Shown: piece by piece, positions 47,740 through 57,203 of the stretch
How positions within the stretch are numbered: position 1 is the first letter of the stretch
Layout of the letters: every line of letters begins with the position of its first letter
Assembly (NCBI GenBank): GCA_965199955.1
Contig: CBDATQ010000001.1
Span: forward strand, 1,312,001 to 1,376,000
Origin: Spirochaetia bacterium
GTDB taxonomy: Bacteria > Spirochaetota > Spirochaetia > SZUA-6 > Bin103
Reading direction: 5' to 3'
Length of the DNA: 64,000 nt
Notes under the pieces: model-generated
Databases searched by the model: none
Told to the model about the DNA's origin: nothing
The model's input: the letters and a program-made list of their open reading frames with translations, nothing else
Translations under genes and position numbers: made by a program

Positions 47740-48129
47740 CTATCTGACCTCGTCCTTCGTCTCGAACTCGGCGGGCATGGTGATCTCGATCACCTCCCAG
47801 TCGTCCGAGTACTCCAGCAGCTCGTGCTTGACGCCGGGAGGCTGGTACCAGGCGTCGCCTGCCTCCACGCGCATCTCGCCCACCCCCTCGAAGTACATGC
47901 GCGCCCAGCCCTTCAGCATGTAGGCCATCTGGAATTCCAGGACGTGCGAGTGGTAGCCCATCGCGCCCTGGCACGGCTCCGCCGCCTTGATCACCTGCGC
48001 CAATACGCGGCCCTGCGTGGCGTTCTTGATGCCCAGGTCCCGGTAGCGGAAGTAGGGCCGCAGTCCGTCCTTGATCCAGTCCGCGTCCTTTGCATGCGCC
48101 GCGAACGCGTCGATCTGCTTCGTTTCCAT
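47740..48129 (-). CDS. Cupin-domain protein
   Basis: GLR.YF.YRDLGI..AT.G, H.H...FQ..Y.L.GW, QPPG..H; SD gaggagg. Confidence 0.85.
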   Translation of the reverse strand: METKQIDAFAAHAKDADWIKDGLRPYFRYRDLGIKNATQGRVLAQVIKAAEPCQGAMGYHSHVLEFQMAYMLKGWARMYFEGVGEMRVEAGDAWYQPPGVKHELLEYSDDWEVIEITMPAEFETKDEVR

Positions 48130-48275
48130 GCTCGCCTCCTCGCTGCCTCGGCTCAGGAGTCTGTAGGATTGGCGCGTCAGCGGCAATCTTACGGACTCCT
48201 GAGCGCAAGGTGGGATGGGCCAAAAGCGGAGCCGTTCGCCGCGTGCCGTCCTCGGCAGGCGACGGTCTTGGGGCG

Positions 48276-49100
48276 CTACTCGGGCTCGAAGCGGAACCCG
48301 TACAGGTCGGCATCGCGCAGGTGAAACGCAGCTTGATGCCGCGCGGCTCGATGTTCACCGCGTCCCGCTCCGCCCAGCGCACCCGGTGGCGCACCGCGTC
48401 GCCGGTGAACCGCCGGCAGGTTTCGCGCTCGTAGCCGTCGAGCGGCTGGCCGGAGGTGTCGGTTACCCCGACCTCCACATACCCGCCGGGCCGGCAGCAG
48501 GCGTTGATCGAGAGGCGTGGGGCCATCGATAACACCGGCTTGGTCTCCACGGATCCCGGTGTAGACCCCGGCGGTGAGCGACACCCAGCCGTCCCGCCGC
48601 AGGGTCGCCAGGCAGAGGTGATGGCCGTCGCGGAACAGTTCCCGGTCGTGGACCTCGGCAGGTCGAGGCCGGCGTCGTGGCCGGAGATCCACCAGAGCAG
48701 CCCCAGGTGCATCTCGTCCACGCGCCAGGGGACGAAGCCGTAGAGCCCGTCGTCGAGGTTGTCGGCGGCGCCGGCCTCGAAGGCCATGACCGGCTCCGAC
48801 CAGTGCAGGCAGTCGTCGCTCTGCAGGCGGTGCACGCAGCGGCGCGTGTTCCAGATGCCGGCCGGCTTGTCGGCCACACCGGCATGTCGCCGGCGGCGAG
48901 GTCCACTTGCGCGCGCGGCCGTACAGCACATACCTGCGGTCGATCGGGTCGTAGGTGAGGATCTCCACGTCGCCGGCCCAGTAGGGGATGATCGGGTTGG
49001 CCGGATGCGGCTGCCAGCGCACCCCGTCCTCGGACACCTGCATGCACAGGCCGACGCCGTACAGGTTCTGCGCCGGGAACGAGTGCGCGTCGGCGCGCAG
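48276..49100 (-). pseudogene. Degenerate beta-propeller glycoside-hydrolase-like gene (N-terminus missing, frameshifts, deletion)
   Basis: S.DGVRW, YDP....YVLYGR, S.D.LHWS.P, D.LYG, LATLRRDGWVSL, L.INA, G...V, LDGY....C..F.GD...H.V.W, LRF....ADLY.FRF. Confidence 0.65.
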
Positions 49101-49104
49101 CCCG

Positions 49105-50111
49105 GACGGTGGACGGCCGCAGGACCAGCATCTGCCTTGGCGACGAGACCTTCGGCAAGGTGCATGCCTTCACGATCATTGACGACCCACTCGAATCCGA
49201 TCCGGCGCAGCGCTACAAGAGCATCTTCTGGCACGAGATGACCAACATCGACGATTCCAGCATCCGCGCCGTGTACTCGGCGGACGGCCGCTCATGGCAG
49301 GCCTAGGACCGGCCGGTCAGTTTCGGGATGACCAAGCGCCGGGTCTTCAGCACCAACAGCAGGGACATCCTCAGTTGGCCGGCGCTGGACCAGACCATCG
49401 TGCCGGACGACGTCGACGACAACGTGGACGACGAGTTCTACGGCCTCATCCACTTCCGCATGGGCGAGCTGTGGGTTGGCTTCCTGTACGTGTTCCAGCG
49501 CACGCACAACATCAAGGACGTGCGCTTGGTCTACAGCCGCGACGGCTACCGCTGGAACCACGTGAGCCGCGGCTCGCCGTTCCTGGAGCGGAGCCTGGAT
49601 GGCAACTGGGACTGCTACATGGTCGAGGTCTGCAACACGCCGCTGTTCCTGGACGACGAGATACGCATCTCCTACGGCGGGGCCAACGTGCACCACGACT
49701 GGCGGACGCACGGCGAGATCGAGGGGCTGGACGTGCCCGAGGAGGCCGGGTTCGCGGGGGGCGAGACCGCGCTCGGCCTGGCGACCCTGCGCCCGGAGGG
49801 GTTCGACTCGATCGACTCGACCGTACGCGACGGCGTCATGGTGACGCGGCCGTTCGTGAGTCAGGGAAATCAAGTGGTGGTCAACGCCGTGAGCGCAGCG
49901 AACGGGTACCTGAAGGCGGAGCTGACCGATGCCGAGGACGATGTGGCCCGGTTTCGGCCGGGACGAGCGCGACACGTTCATGGGTGATGAGACCGCACAC
50001 GTGCTCTCCTGGTCGGGACGGACGGAATTGCCCCCGGAGGTGCTTGCCGGTGGCGCCAAGCTGCGCTTCTTCAGCCGCCACACGAGCCTCTACTCGTTCC
50101 GCTTCGCGTAG
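49105..50111 (+). pseudogene. Degenerate paralogue of the same propeller family (N-terminus missing, stop/deletion, frameshift)
   Basis: DP.ESDP..RYK, SADG.SW, DEFYG, L.YSRDG..W, GLATLRPEGF, NA....G....E..D, GF......F.GD...H..SW, LRF.....LYSFRF. Confidence 0.68.
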
Positions 50112-50172
50112 GCACAGACCGACGGCATGCCACGTTGACGCGCGCCCGCCCGGACCGCAGGCTGCGCCCGCC

Positions 50173-51147
50173 ATGAAGGTCGACTGCCAGAGCCACCTGT
50201 TTCCCGCCGGCTATGCCGAGGCGCTGACGCGCAACCCCGGATCGCCCACGACCACGGGCGGGGCCGGGAACTACACCATCGCCTACGGCGACCTGCAGTC
50301 GTTCCGGCTCGACCTGGAGGACTACAGCGTGGCGCGCAAGCTGCGCGACATGGACGCCGCCGGCATCGACGTCAGCGTGGTGAGCGTGAACATGCCCGGC
50401 CCGGAGCTGCTGGAGCCGGAGCTGGCCGCGGAAGCCGCGCGCGTCTGCAACGACGGGCTGGCCGAGGCGTGCGCCCGCCACCGGCAGCGCCTGGTGGGGC
50501 TGGCCTGCCTGCCGTGGCAGAGCCCGGACGCGGCGATCGCGGAGCTGGAGCGCGCGACCGGCGAGCTGGACCTGCGCGGGGTCATGCTCTACTCGCACGT
50601 GGGCACCGGTCCCGTGGACGGCGACGCCCTGGAGCCGGTCTACGCCCGCATCGCGCGGCTCGGCGTGCCGGTGGTCCTGCACCCGTGCGTGCCGCCGTGG
50701 GCCGCGGAGACGAGCGACCACTCGATGACCACGATGGTCGGCCTGATGGTCGACCACAGCCTGGCGGCGCTGCGCCTGGTGCTCGGCGGGGTCCTGGAGC
50801 GCCACCCCGGCCTGCAGGTGGTGCAGCCGCACTGCGGCGGCGTGCTCCCCTACCTGTGGGGTCGCATCCGCAACCAGACCGAGGTGATGAAGCGCGGTGT
50901 CGACCGTATCTCGCAGACGCCGACCGAGCTGTACCGCCGGGTCCACCTCGACACCGCCTCGCCGTGGCCGCCGGCCGTGCGCGTCGCCTACGAGCTGGCC
51001 GGCGCCGACCGCCTGGTGTTCGCCAGCGACCACCCCTGGGTGGAGATCCAGCTCCTGATGGACTCCCTGGAAGCGCTTGGGCTACCCGCCGATGACCTGC
51101 AGCGGATATACGCGGACAACGCCTGCGGCCTGTTCCGCATCGACTGA
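50173..51147 (+). CDS. Amidohydrolase_2 (ACMSD-like) protein
   Basis: DCQSH, MD.AGID..V.S, ND.LA, .HP, H.GG.LP, FASDHP, NA..LF. Confidence 0.88.
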   Translation: MKVDCQSHLFPAGYAEALTRNPGSPTTTGGAGNYTIAYGDLQSFRLDLEDYSVARKLRDMDAAGIDVSVVSVNMPGPELLEPELAAEAARVCNDGLAEACARHRQRLVGLACLPWQSPDAAIAELERATGELDLRGVMLYSHVGTGPVDGDALEPVYARIARLGVPVVLHPCVPPWAAETSDHSMTTMVGLMVDHSLAALRLVLGGVLERHPGLQVVQPHCGGVLPYLWGRIRNQTEVMKRGVDRISQTPTELYRRVHLDTASPWPPAVRVAYELAGADRLVFASDHPWVEIQLLMDSLEALGLPADDLQRIYADNACGLFRID

Positions 51148-51192
51148 ACTGAAGCGAGGTATGCGGGTCCGCATCTCTCCCGCACGACCGTG

Positions 51193-51253
51193 CATTCACG
51201 CTGTCATGGCATGAAGGCGTGAATGAGAAGGCGAAACGGGGTTTCATTCACGC
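51193..51253. repeat. Palindromic unit (ATTCAC..GTGAAT..ATTCAC), copy 1
   Basis: cattcacgc at 51193, gcgtgaatg at 51217, cattcacgc at 51245. Confidence 0.6.
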
Positions 51254-51256
51254 CCG

Positions 51257-52015
51257 CTACTCGGGCGGTGTGTCGTGCTCTCCGATCTTCCACACTCCCT
51301 TCTCACGGAACGCTGGAATGGTCTGGCGCCGGGCAGCGTTGGTGACGGCCGGCGCCGACAGGCCACGGCGTCTGATGTAGTCGGACAGCCTGACGACCAC
51401 GTCACTCCTGAGGTAACTCAGCCTCTTGTGCAAGGACTCCAGAAGAGCCAGGACGAGGATACGCTCCATGGTCTGGCTCCGGTTCCGTTCGGCGTAGTCG
51501 CGGAACGCCTGATAGTAGAGGTCCTTCTCCTTGTCGCGGATGATCACGGAGGGGAGTCCGAGCTGGCAAAGCTGAAAGTTGATGATGATCCGGCCCATGC
51601 GCCCGTTGCCATCGCAGAACGGATGGATGGTCTCGAACTGCAGGTGACAGGGCGATCTTGTCCGGGAAGTAGGAGTCGAGATCGCTGGAATAGTCGAGCA
51701 GTGCCGATGCCATCAGGGGCTCGACTCGCTCGGGCGCCGGAGCGATGTGAGTGCCGACGCGCACGTACTCACCAGTCTGGCAGAAGCGGCCGGCGATGGC
51801 ATCGTCTATGCCGCCGAGCAGCATCTGATGCAAGAGGACCTTTCCGTTTCGTCGAGCGTGAGCTTCGAGTTCTCGATGGCGTTCGAGTTGTAGACGCCTT
51901 CAGGTATCTCGACGTCATCGATCATCGCCAGCAGTGACTCCTTGCCGAGCCGCGAGGCTTCGTATTCGCGTGTGAAATCCCGGATGCGTGTTCTGAGCGG
52001 CTGCGAGGTCGCCAT
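51257..52015 (-). pseudogene. Fic-family protein, frameshifted and internally deleted
   Basis: HPFCDGNGRMGR Fic motif; N-terminal YNSNAIEN inhibitory-type motif; frame changes near 51835 and 51650. Confidence 0.85.
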
Positions 52016-52032
52016 TGGTTGCAGATGATGCC

Positions 52033-52091
52033 AAATCACGCCATTGAGGCAAGAAGGAGTGAATCCAGCCGAGAATCAGTCGTCATTCACG
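52033..52091. repeat. Palindromic unit, copy 2 (imperfect direct repeat of 51193-51253)
   Basis: aaatcacgccattgaggcaagaaggagtgaat...cattcacg matches 23 of the first 32 nt of copy 1, with similar spacing. Confidence 0.55.
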
Positions 52092-52230
52092 ATCGGTACT
52101 CCGACGCGTACTGAGGCTCCTGAAAAAGGCGAAGTGGCGGTGCCGGCCGGACACCGTGATCGGCATGGGTGAAGGACGCGATGAGCTCGGCGAGGTGACA
52201 CTCGCACCGTGATCTGCAAGGATCTTTGGC

Positions 52231-52446
52231 ATGACGTTGCTTGAGATGGCGATCACGGAGGTCCGCAAGCTGCCGGAGGACAAGCAGGACGCAATCGCCG
52301 CGCTGATTATCGAGGAACTCGAAGACGAGCGACGATGGGACAGCGCTTTCGCGTCGTCTCAAGACAAGCTCTCCAAGCTCGCTCAGAAAGCTCGTGCCGA
52401 CCGCAGCGCGGGCCGCGGCAGAGAGATGGGCTTCGACGACGTGTGA
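52231..52446 (+). CDS. Putative antitoxin
   Basis: LLE.A......LPE..QD.IA..I.EEL.DE..WD..FA.SQ..L..LA..A pattern; GTGA overlap with the toxin remnant. Confidence 0.7.
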   Translation: MTLLEMAITEVRKLPEDKQDAIAALIIEELEDERRWDSAFASSQDKLSKLAQKARADRSAGRGREMGFDDV

Positions 52447-52592
52447 AGTCGTACCTGACCCACGACTTCATCGCATGTTTTCGTCGACTGCCGCGTGCCG
52501 TCAGAGACTAAGGCCCGCAAGAACTATCGTCTTGGGCTACGGGACTCCAGCCATCCCAGCCTCCAATTCAAGCCGATCCATTCCCGCTCCTG
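52443..52592 (+). pseudogene. ParE/RelE-like toxin, frameshifted and truncated
   Basis: VKS..T..F...F..LP..V / ARKNY.L....HPSLQFK; breaks into unrelated sequence. Confidence 0.65.
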
Positions 52593-52755
52593 GCGATGGC
52601 CTACGGCTCCGGCATCGCGCTGCTCTGGCAGCTCGCCGGCTGGCAACGCCGGCTGCGGCCGCTGGCGGCCATGGGCCGGATGGCGCTGACCAACTACCTC
52701 CTGCAGTCGGTCGTCGCCACTCGGCTGTTCTACGGGTACGGCCTGAGCTTGACCC
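52593..52755 (+). pseudogene. Internal fragment of a DUF418 (YeiB-like) membrane protein
   Basis: L.PLAA.GRMALTNYL.QS.....LFYGYGL.L signature. Confidence 0.75.
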
Positions 52756-52831
52756 AAGTCCGGGTATCCCATAGATTCCGCGGGAGGCTGGAACGCCCGG
52801 CCAGACCCCCGTTCGAGATCCTGGAGGCACC

Positions 52832-54274
52832 ATGAAGTTCCGCGCCGTTCTCGCCGCGCTCGCCATCGTTCTGGTCCCCGTCCTTGCCCCGGCGCAGGAA
52901 GAGAACCGGGGATACGACAAGGCCGATCCGATCGTGCTCGCGGTCGGTCAGGAGTACTCCGGCACGACGGACTCCGACCAGGAACGCAAGTATTTCATGG
53001 CGCACGTGAAAGCCGACGTCGAATACCGGCTCGACATGACCGGACTCTCCGTCGATCTCGACATCTACTACCTGGGATCGGACGATACCTTCCTGCGAGA
53101 CTCGGTCGCCCGGTCGACCAACGCCGAGGACAACGACGAGCGCATCCAGTTCACGCCGAAGGAGGATGCCGCGTACTTCATGCTCCACAACTATGACTAC
53201 AAGGAGTCGGAGTTCCAGCTCCTGCTGACCAGGAGCCGGACCTACGTCGATGAAGTCGCGGCGCTGACGCCGATCCGCCTGGACGGCGAGGTCGGCTACC
53301 AGGGCCAGGTGGGCAGCCGATCGAGCCTGTACGAACTGGGCGGCCTGACCCCCGGGTCGACCTACCGCATCGCCATCGACGGCCTGCAGGTGAACGCGGA
53401 CCTGCTGGTCTTCTCCGATCCGCTGTACCGGGACGAGCTGGGGCGATCGAGCCAGCGCTACACCGAGGGCGACTTCGTCACGGTGTCGACCGACAGCGAC
53501 GTCCTCTACGTCGAGGTGCGGGGACAACACCGTTCCGGAACGCCGTTCACGCTGACCGTCGAAGAGCGCGACCGACTGCAGGATCAAGGCTCCGCGGACG
53601 AGCCCATGGAGATTCCGGTAGGCGAGGAGGTCGCGTCCGCGGTTGGGCAGGACAGAAGCTACTATTTCTTCGCGGCGACGCCCGGCCGTCCCTACACGAT
53701 CAAGCTGCTGTCGCCGACGATGGATGCCGATCTCTACCTGCACGGCGACGCCGGGTTCACCGACGTTCAGGAGATGTCTGACAACCTCCGGGGAGAAGAC
53801 GAGGTCGTGTCGCTGACCGCCGAGAGCGACGCCGTCCATTTCTCCGTGGACGGCCGTCACACGAAGGGATCGGGAGCCAACTTCGAGCTGCACGTGATCG
53901 AGGAGACGTTCGACAACGAGGGCGAGGAGCAGGAGCCGATGACGATCGCCGGCGCCAGCCACGCCGGGCAGGTGCAGGCCGATGGGGACAGCTACTACCG
54001 GATCCCGGTGGTCCCCGGCAGGATGTACCTGATCAAGGTGACCCAGCAGGAAATCCGCGGCACCTGGCGGTTCCACTTCTACGTCTACGATGACGAGATC
54101 CGCGGCCGGAAGCTGGCCTCGGCCGGCTACATCAACGGCAACGAGTACAAGTCAGCGCTGATCGAAAGCTTCTCCGGGGAGTGGCTCTACCTCCACGTCC
54201 TCTCCTACGACGAGGACTTCGGCAGCGACTTCACCGTCGAAGTTCAGGAAGTGCTCCTGGCGGAAGCCGAGTGA
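52832..54274 (+). CDS. Secreted acidic protein with about four tandem PPC-like beta-sandwich domains
   Basis: Signal peptide; repeats of Y/F....G..Y.I.......D.DL.....; SD ggagg. Confidence 0.65.
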   Translation: MKFRAVLAALAIVLVPVLAPAQEENRGYDKADPIVLAVGQEYSGTTDSDQERKYFMAHVKADVEYRLDMTGLSVDLDIYYLGSDDTFLRDSVARSTNAEDNDERIQFTPKEDAAYFMLHNYDYKESEFQLLLTRSRTYVDEVAALTPIRLDGEVGYQGQVGSRSSLYELGGLTPGSTYRIAIDGLQVNADLLVFSDPLYRDELGRSSQRYTEGDFVTVSTDSDVLYVEVRGQHRSGTPFTLTVEERDRLQDQGSADEPMEIPVGEEVASAVGQDRSYYFFAATPGRPYTIKLLSPTMDADLYLHGDAGFTDVQEMSDNLRGEDEVVSLTAESDAVHFSVDGRHTKGSGANFELHVIEETFDNEGEEQEPMTIAGASHAGQVQADGDSYYRIPVVPGRMYLIKVTQQEIRGTWRFHFYVYDDEIRGRKLASAGYINGNEYKSALIESFSGEWLYLHVLSYDEDFGSDFTVEVQEVLLAEAE

Positions 54275-54300
54275 GCACCTGTACCCGCGTTCGTGCGCCG

Positions 54301-55001
54301 TCAGGCGTCGACTGCCTCGAAAGCGGTCACGTTGCACGTTGCGCGTCTCCCGGCTGAACTCCACGCCGATCAGATGGATCGGCTCGCCCCGGCCGCGATA
54401 CGTATCCGCGTATCCGCGTTCCCGTAACTGTGCGAGCGCCGAGCCCGGGGGCGTCATCTCCACCACCTTGAACTCGGACAGATACACGTGCCCGCCGGTC
54501 CGCACCGCCATGTCCAGGCGGCCGTGGCTGCTCGACTCCTCGACGACGATCTCGTAACCGAGCGCCGCAAAATAGGAGTAGAACACGCTCGCGTAGTAGC
54601 CCTCGTAGTTCGCGATGTCGTTGTTGGTGTGCCATTCGTAGGGAATGCTCGCGAAGAAGGCATGGAATAGCTCCTCCATGCCGGCGCAGTCGTGCGCTGC
54701 AAGCAGCCGCGCCAGGCGGATGCTGTTGTCCGTCTGCCGCCGGATATCCTGCACCAGGTGCCGCCGCAGCACCCGGTTCAGGCTCTGCCTGACCTCCCGG
54801 TTCGGGTAGCCCAGCCGATACAGCGCCTCCTCGCCCAGCCGCTCTTCTCCGGTGATGGTCAGATAGCCGGTCTGGAACAGAAGCGCTTCGGTGCCGAGGT
54901 GGCCGACGTCGAACGCCGACAGCAGGTCCTCCGTGCTCACCGTGTCGTCCAGTGATACGGAGGAGATGCGGCGTTCGAACAGCGTCTCCACCAGGAACGC
55001 G
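54301..55001 (-). pseudogene. 3' part of AAA-ATPase / PD-(D/E)XK nuclease gene, cut by IS66
   Basis: LLFQTGYLTI, L.YPN.EV, YEGYYASVFY, E..S..GR.D, EFK, AL.Q.....YA; 7-bp duplication cacgttg x2 at 54328-54341 shifts the tail. Confidence 0.85.
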
Positions 55002-55075
55002 GTAAGCGTCCGCTGAACGCCACCTTACGACGGCTGAAATAGCGGGTGATCGTCCCTGTCAGGAGGGACGATGAG

Positions 55076-55390
55076 GTGAACGAGAAACACGGGCGCGAGT
55101 ATTGGAGCCAGCAAGTTGCCGAGTGGCGGAGCAGCGGCCTGTCGAGCAAGGCGTACAGCGAGCGGCATGGCCTGCCGTATTCGTCGCTGTGCCGGTGGGC
55201 GGGCAAGTCGAGGCAGTCCTCGGGGCCGGAGAGTCAGCGGCTGGTCGAACTGGGGCAGCGCGGCGGCGGTGCCGAGCCGGGCGCGACGATCGAGCTGGTG
55301 GTCGGCCAGCGGTACGTGCTGAAGCTGAGGCGGTCGGTGCGGGCTACCGATCTGCGCGAAGTACTGGCGGCGCTGGAGGGCGAGCGGTGA
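55076..55390 (+). CDS. tnpA: IS66 accessory protein TnpA
   Basis: W...V.EWR.SGLS...Y...HGL....L..W HTH pattern. Confidence 0.85.
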   Translation: MNEKHGREYWSQQVAEWRSSGLSSKAYSERHGLPYSSLCRWAGKSRQSSGPESQRLVELGQRGGGAEPGATIELVVGQRYVLKLRRSVRATDLREVLAALEGER

Positions 55391-55737
55391 TCCGGGTGGA
55401 GCTGGGCGCGGCGCGGATCTTCGTACGGCCTGGGGCGACCGATATGCGCACGCAGGTCAACGGGCTGGTAGTGCTGGTGCAGGAGCAGATGCAGCTCAGT
55501 CCGTTCGAGACGGCGCTGTTCGTGTTCTGCAACGCGCGGCGGCGCGTGCTGAAAGCGGTGTACTGGGATCGGACGGGATTCTGTCTGTGGATGAAGGGGC
55601 GATTTCCGTGGCCGCCAACGGCGACCGAGGCGCGCCGAGAGATCGGCATCGAGGAGCTTCGGATGCTGCTGATCGGATCGATTTCTAGCATACCCACGAG
55701 GAGCTCCGGTACCGGGAAATCGCCTGAGGTGGGTTGA
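55387..55737 (+). CDS. tnpB: IS66 accessory protein TnpB (C-terminus probably damaged)
   Basis: G.TDMR...NGL, LFVFCN..R..LK..YWD..GFCLW.K, F.WP. Confidence 0.85.
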   Translation: MIRVELGAARIFVRPGATDMRTQVNGLVVLVQEQMQLSPFETALFVFCNARRRVLKAVYWDRTGFCLWMKGRFPWPPTATEARREIGIEELRMLLIGSISSIPTRSSGTGKSPEVG

Positions 55738-55770
55738 CACTGTCAGCATATTTCGTGCTATGGCATCTAC

Positions 55771-57179
55771 ATGTCCAGCGCGCCAGCGGTCGCCGAAGAA
55801 CGCGATGCGCTACGCGAAGAGAATCGTCGCCTGGTCCTGGAAAAGGACGATCTGGACGCGAAACTTCGGGAGCTGAACAAAGAAGCTGGATCTCTACGAA
55901 GAACAGGTGGAGTGGTTCAAGAACAAGCTGTATGGACGCGGTACCGAACAGCTCACCGCCGCCGAGCGGCTGCAGATTCGAGTGTTCGATGAGATCGAAC
56001 ACTCCGCCGACAGCCCATCGCCGGACGATGAGCCGTCCGCGGATCAGGCGGCCGCCGAGGTGCTTGCGCGCACTGGCAGCCGCCCGCGGCGCAGACCGCT
56101 GCCGCAGGCGCTGCCACGGATCGAGCAGGTCATCGACCTGCCCGAGCAGGACAAGCAGTGTGAGTGTGGCCACCCCCTGGTGCGCATCGGCGAGGACACC
56201 TGCGAGAAGCTCGACGTGATCCCGCCGCAGGTACGGGTGATCCGCACGGTGCGGCCCAAGTACGCCTGTCATCAACTGCGAAGGCTCCGGCGACGAAGAG
56301 CATCCGGCGGTGCGGATCGCGCCGCCGCCGGCGGCGCTGATCCCGAAGGGGCTGGCCTCGGAGGGGCTGGCCTCGGAGGGGCTGGCCTCGGAGGGATTGC
56401 TGGCGTTTATCGCCACGGCGAAGTTCTGCGACGCGCTGCCTCTGTACCGCCAGGAGCGGCAGTTCGCGCGCCTCGGCGTCGAGCTGTCGCGGCGCACGAT
56501 GTCGGACTGGATGATCGCTGCCGCCACAGCCTGCCAGGCGCTGATGTACGACGGCTACGCGCGCCCGTGTGCGCAGCCCGGCATCGTGCACGTGGGCTGT
56601 TGGGCGCACGTGCGGCGAGCGTTCAAAGAAGCCGCCGACGCGCTGGGCAAGGTGTCCAGCCGGGCCGCAGCGGCGCTGCATGCGCTGGGGTTCATCGCCA
56701 AGCTGTACCGCGCCGAGTCGGAACTGTCGAAGTACCGCGATAAGGACCCTGAGCGGTTCGTGGCCGCGCGGCGCGCACGGGTGGAGCCGGTGCTGGCGAA
56801 GTTCCACGGCTGGCTGCAGGAGAAACGCGACCAGGTGCTGCCCGGCTCGGCGCTCGGCAAGGCGGTGGCCTTCGCGCTCAGCGAGTGGCCGAAGCTGATC
56901 CGCTATCTGGACCACCCGCAGATGAGCCCGGACAACAACGCCTGCGAACAGGCGATCCGCCCGTTCGTGGTGGGCCGCAAGAACTGGCTGTTTTCCGGCA
57001 GCCCGCGCGGAGCCAAGGCGAGCGCGATCCTGTACAGCCTGATCGAGACCGCCAAGGCCAACCGGCGCGAGCCGTACTGGTATCTGCGCGAGCTGTTCGA
57101 GAGGCTGCCGCATGCGCGCACCCGCGCCGACTACCTCTCGCTCCTGCCGACTGCGCGTCCACCGCCGCCGGCTTCATAG
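55771..57179 (+). pseudogene. tnpC: IS66 transposase TnpC, frameshifted with a large internal deletion
   Basis: R.PLP..LPR, C.CG...IGED..E.L, KF.D.LPLYRQ, CWAH.RR.F, DNN..E.AIRP...GRKNWLF; the DET catalytic segment is absent between ...CQALM and DGY. Confidence 0.9.
56346..56395 (+). repeat. 15-bp tandem repeat x3 inside tnpC
   Basis: (a/g)aggggctggcctcg repeated, encoding KGLAS-EGLAS-EGLAS. Confidence 0.85.
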
Positions 57180-57203
57180 AGCCTGGTTTCGCCGGTCGCT
57201 TAC

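Larger units (their letters stand above)
55002..57203 (+). mobile_element. IS66-family element, defective (2,202 bp)
   Basis: Terminal IRs GTAAGCGTCCG (55002) and CCGGTCGCTTAC (ending 57203); tnpA-tnpB-tnpC order; no target duplication. Confidence 0.92.

Noticed and set aside
56346..56395. Possible CRISPR or functional repeat array
   Set aside because: Spacerless in-frame 15-bp slippage inside a dead transposase; no CRISPR-like array or cas gene seen in the window
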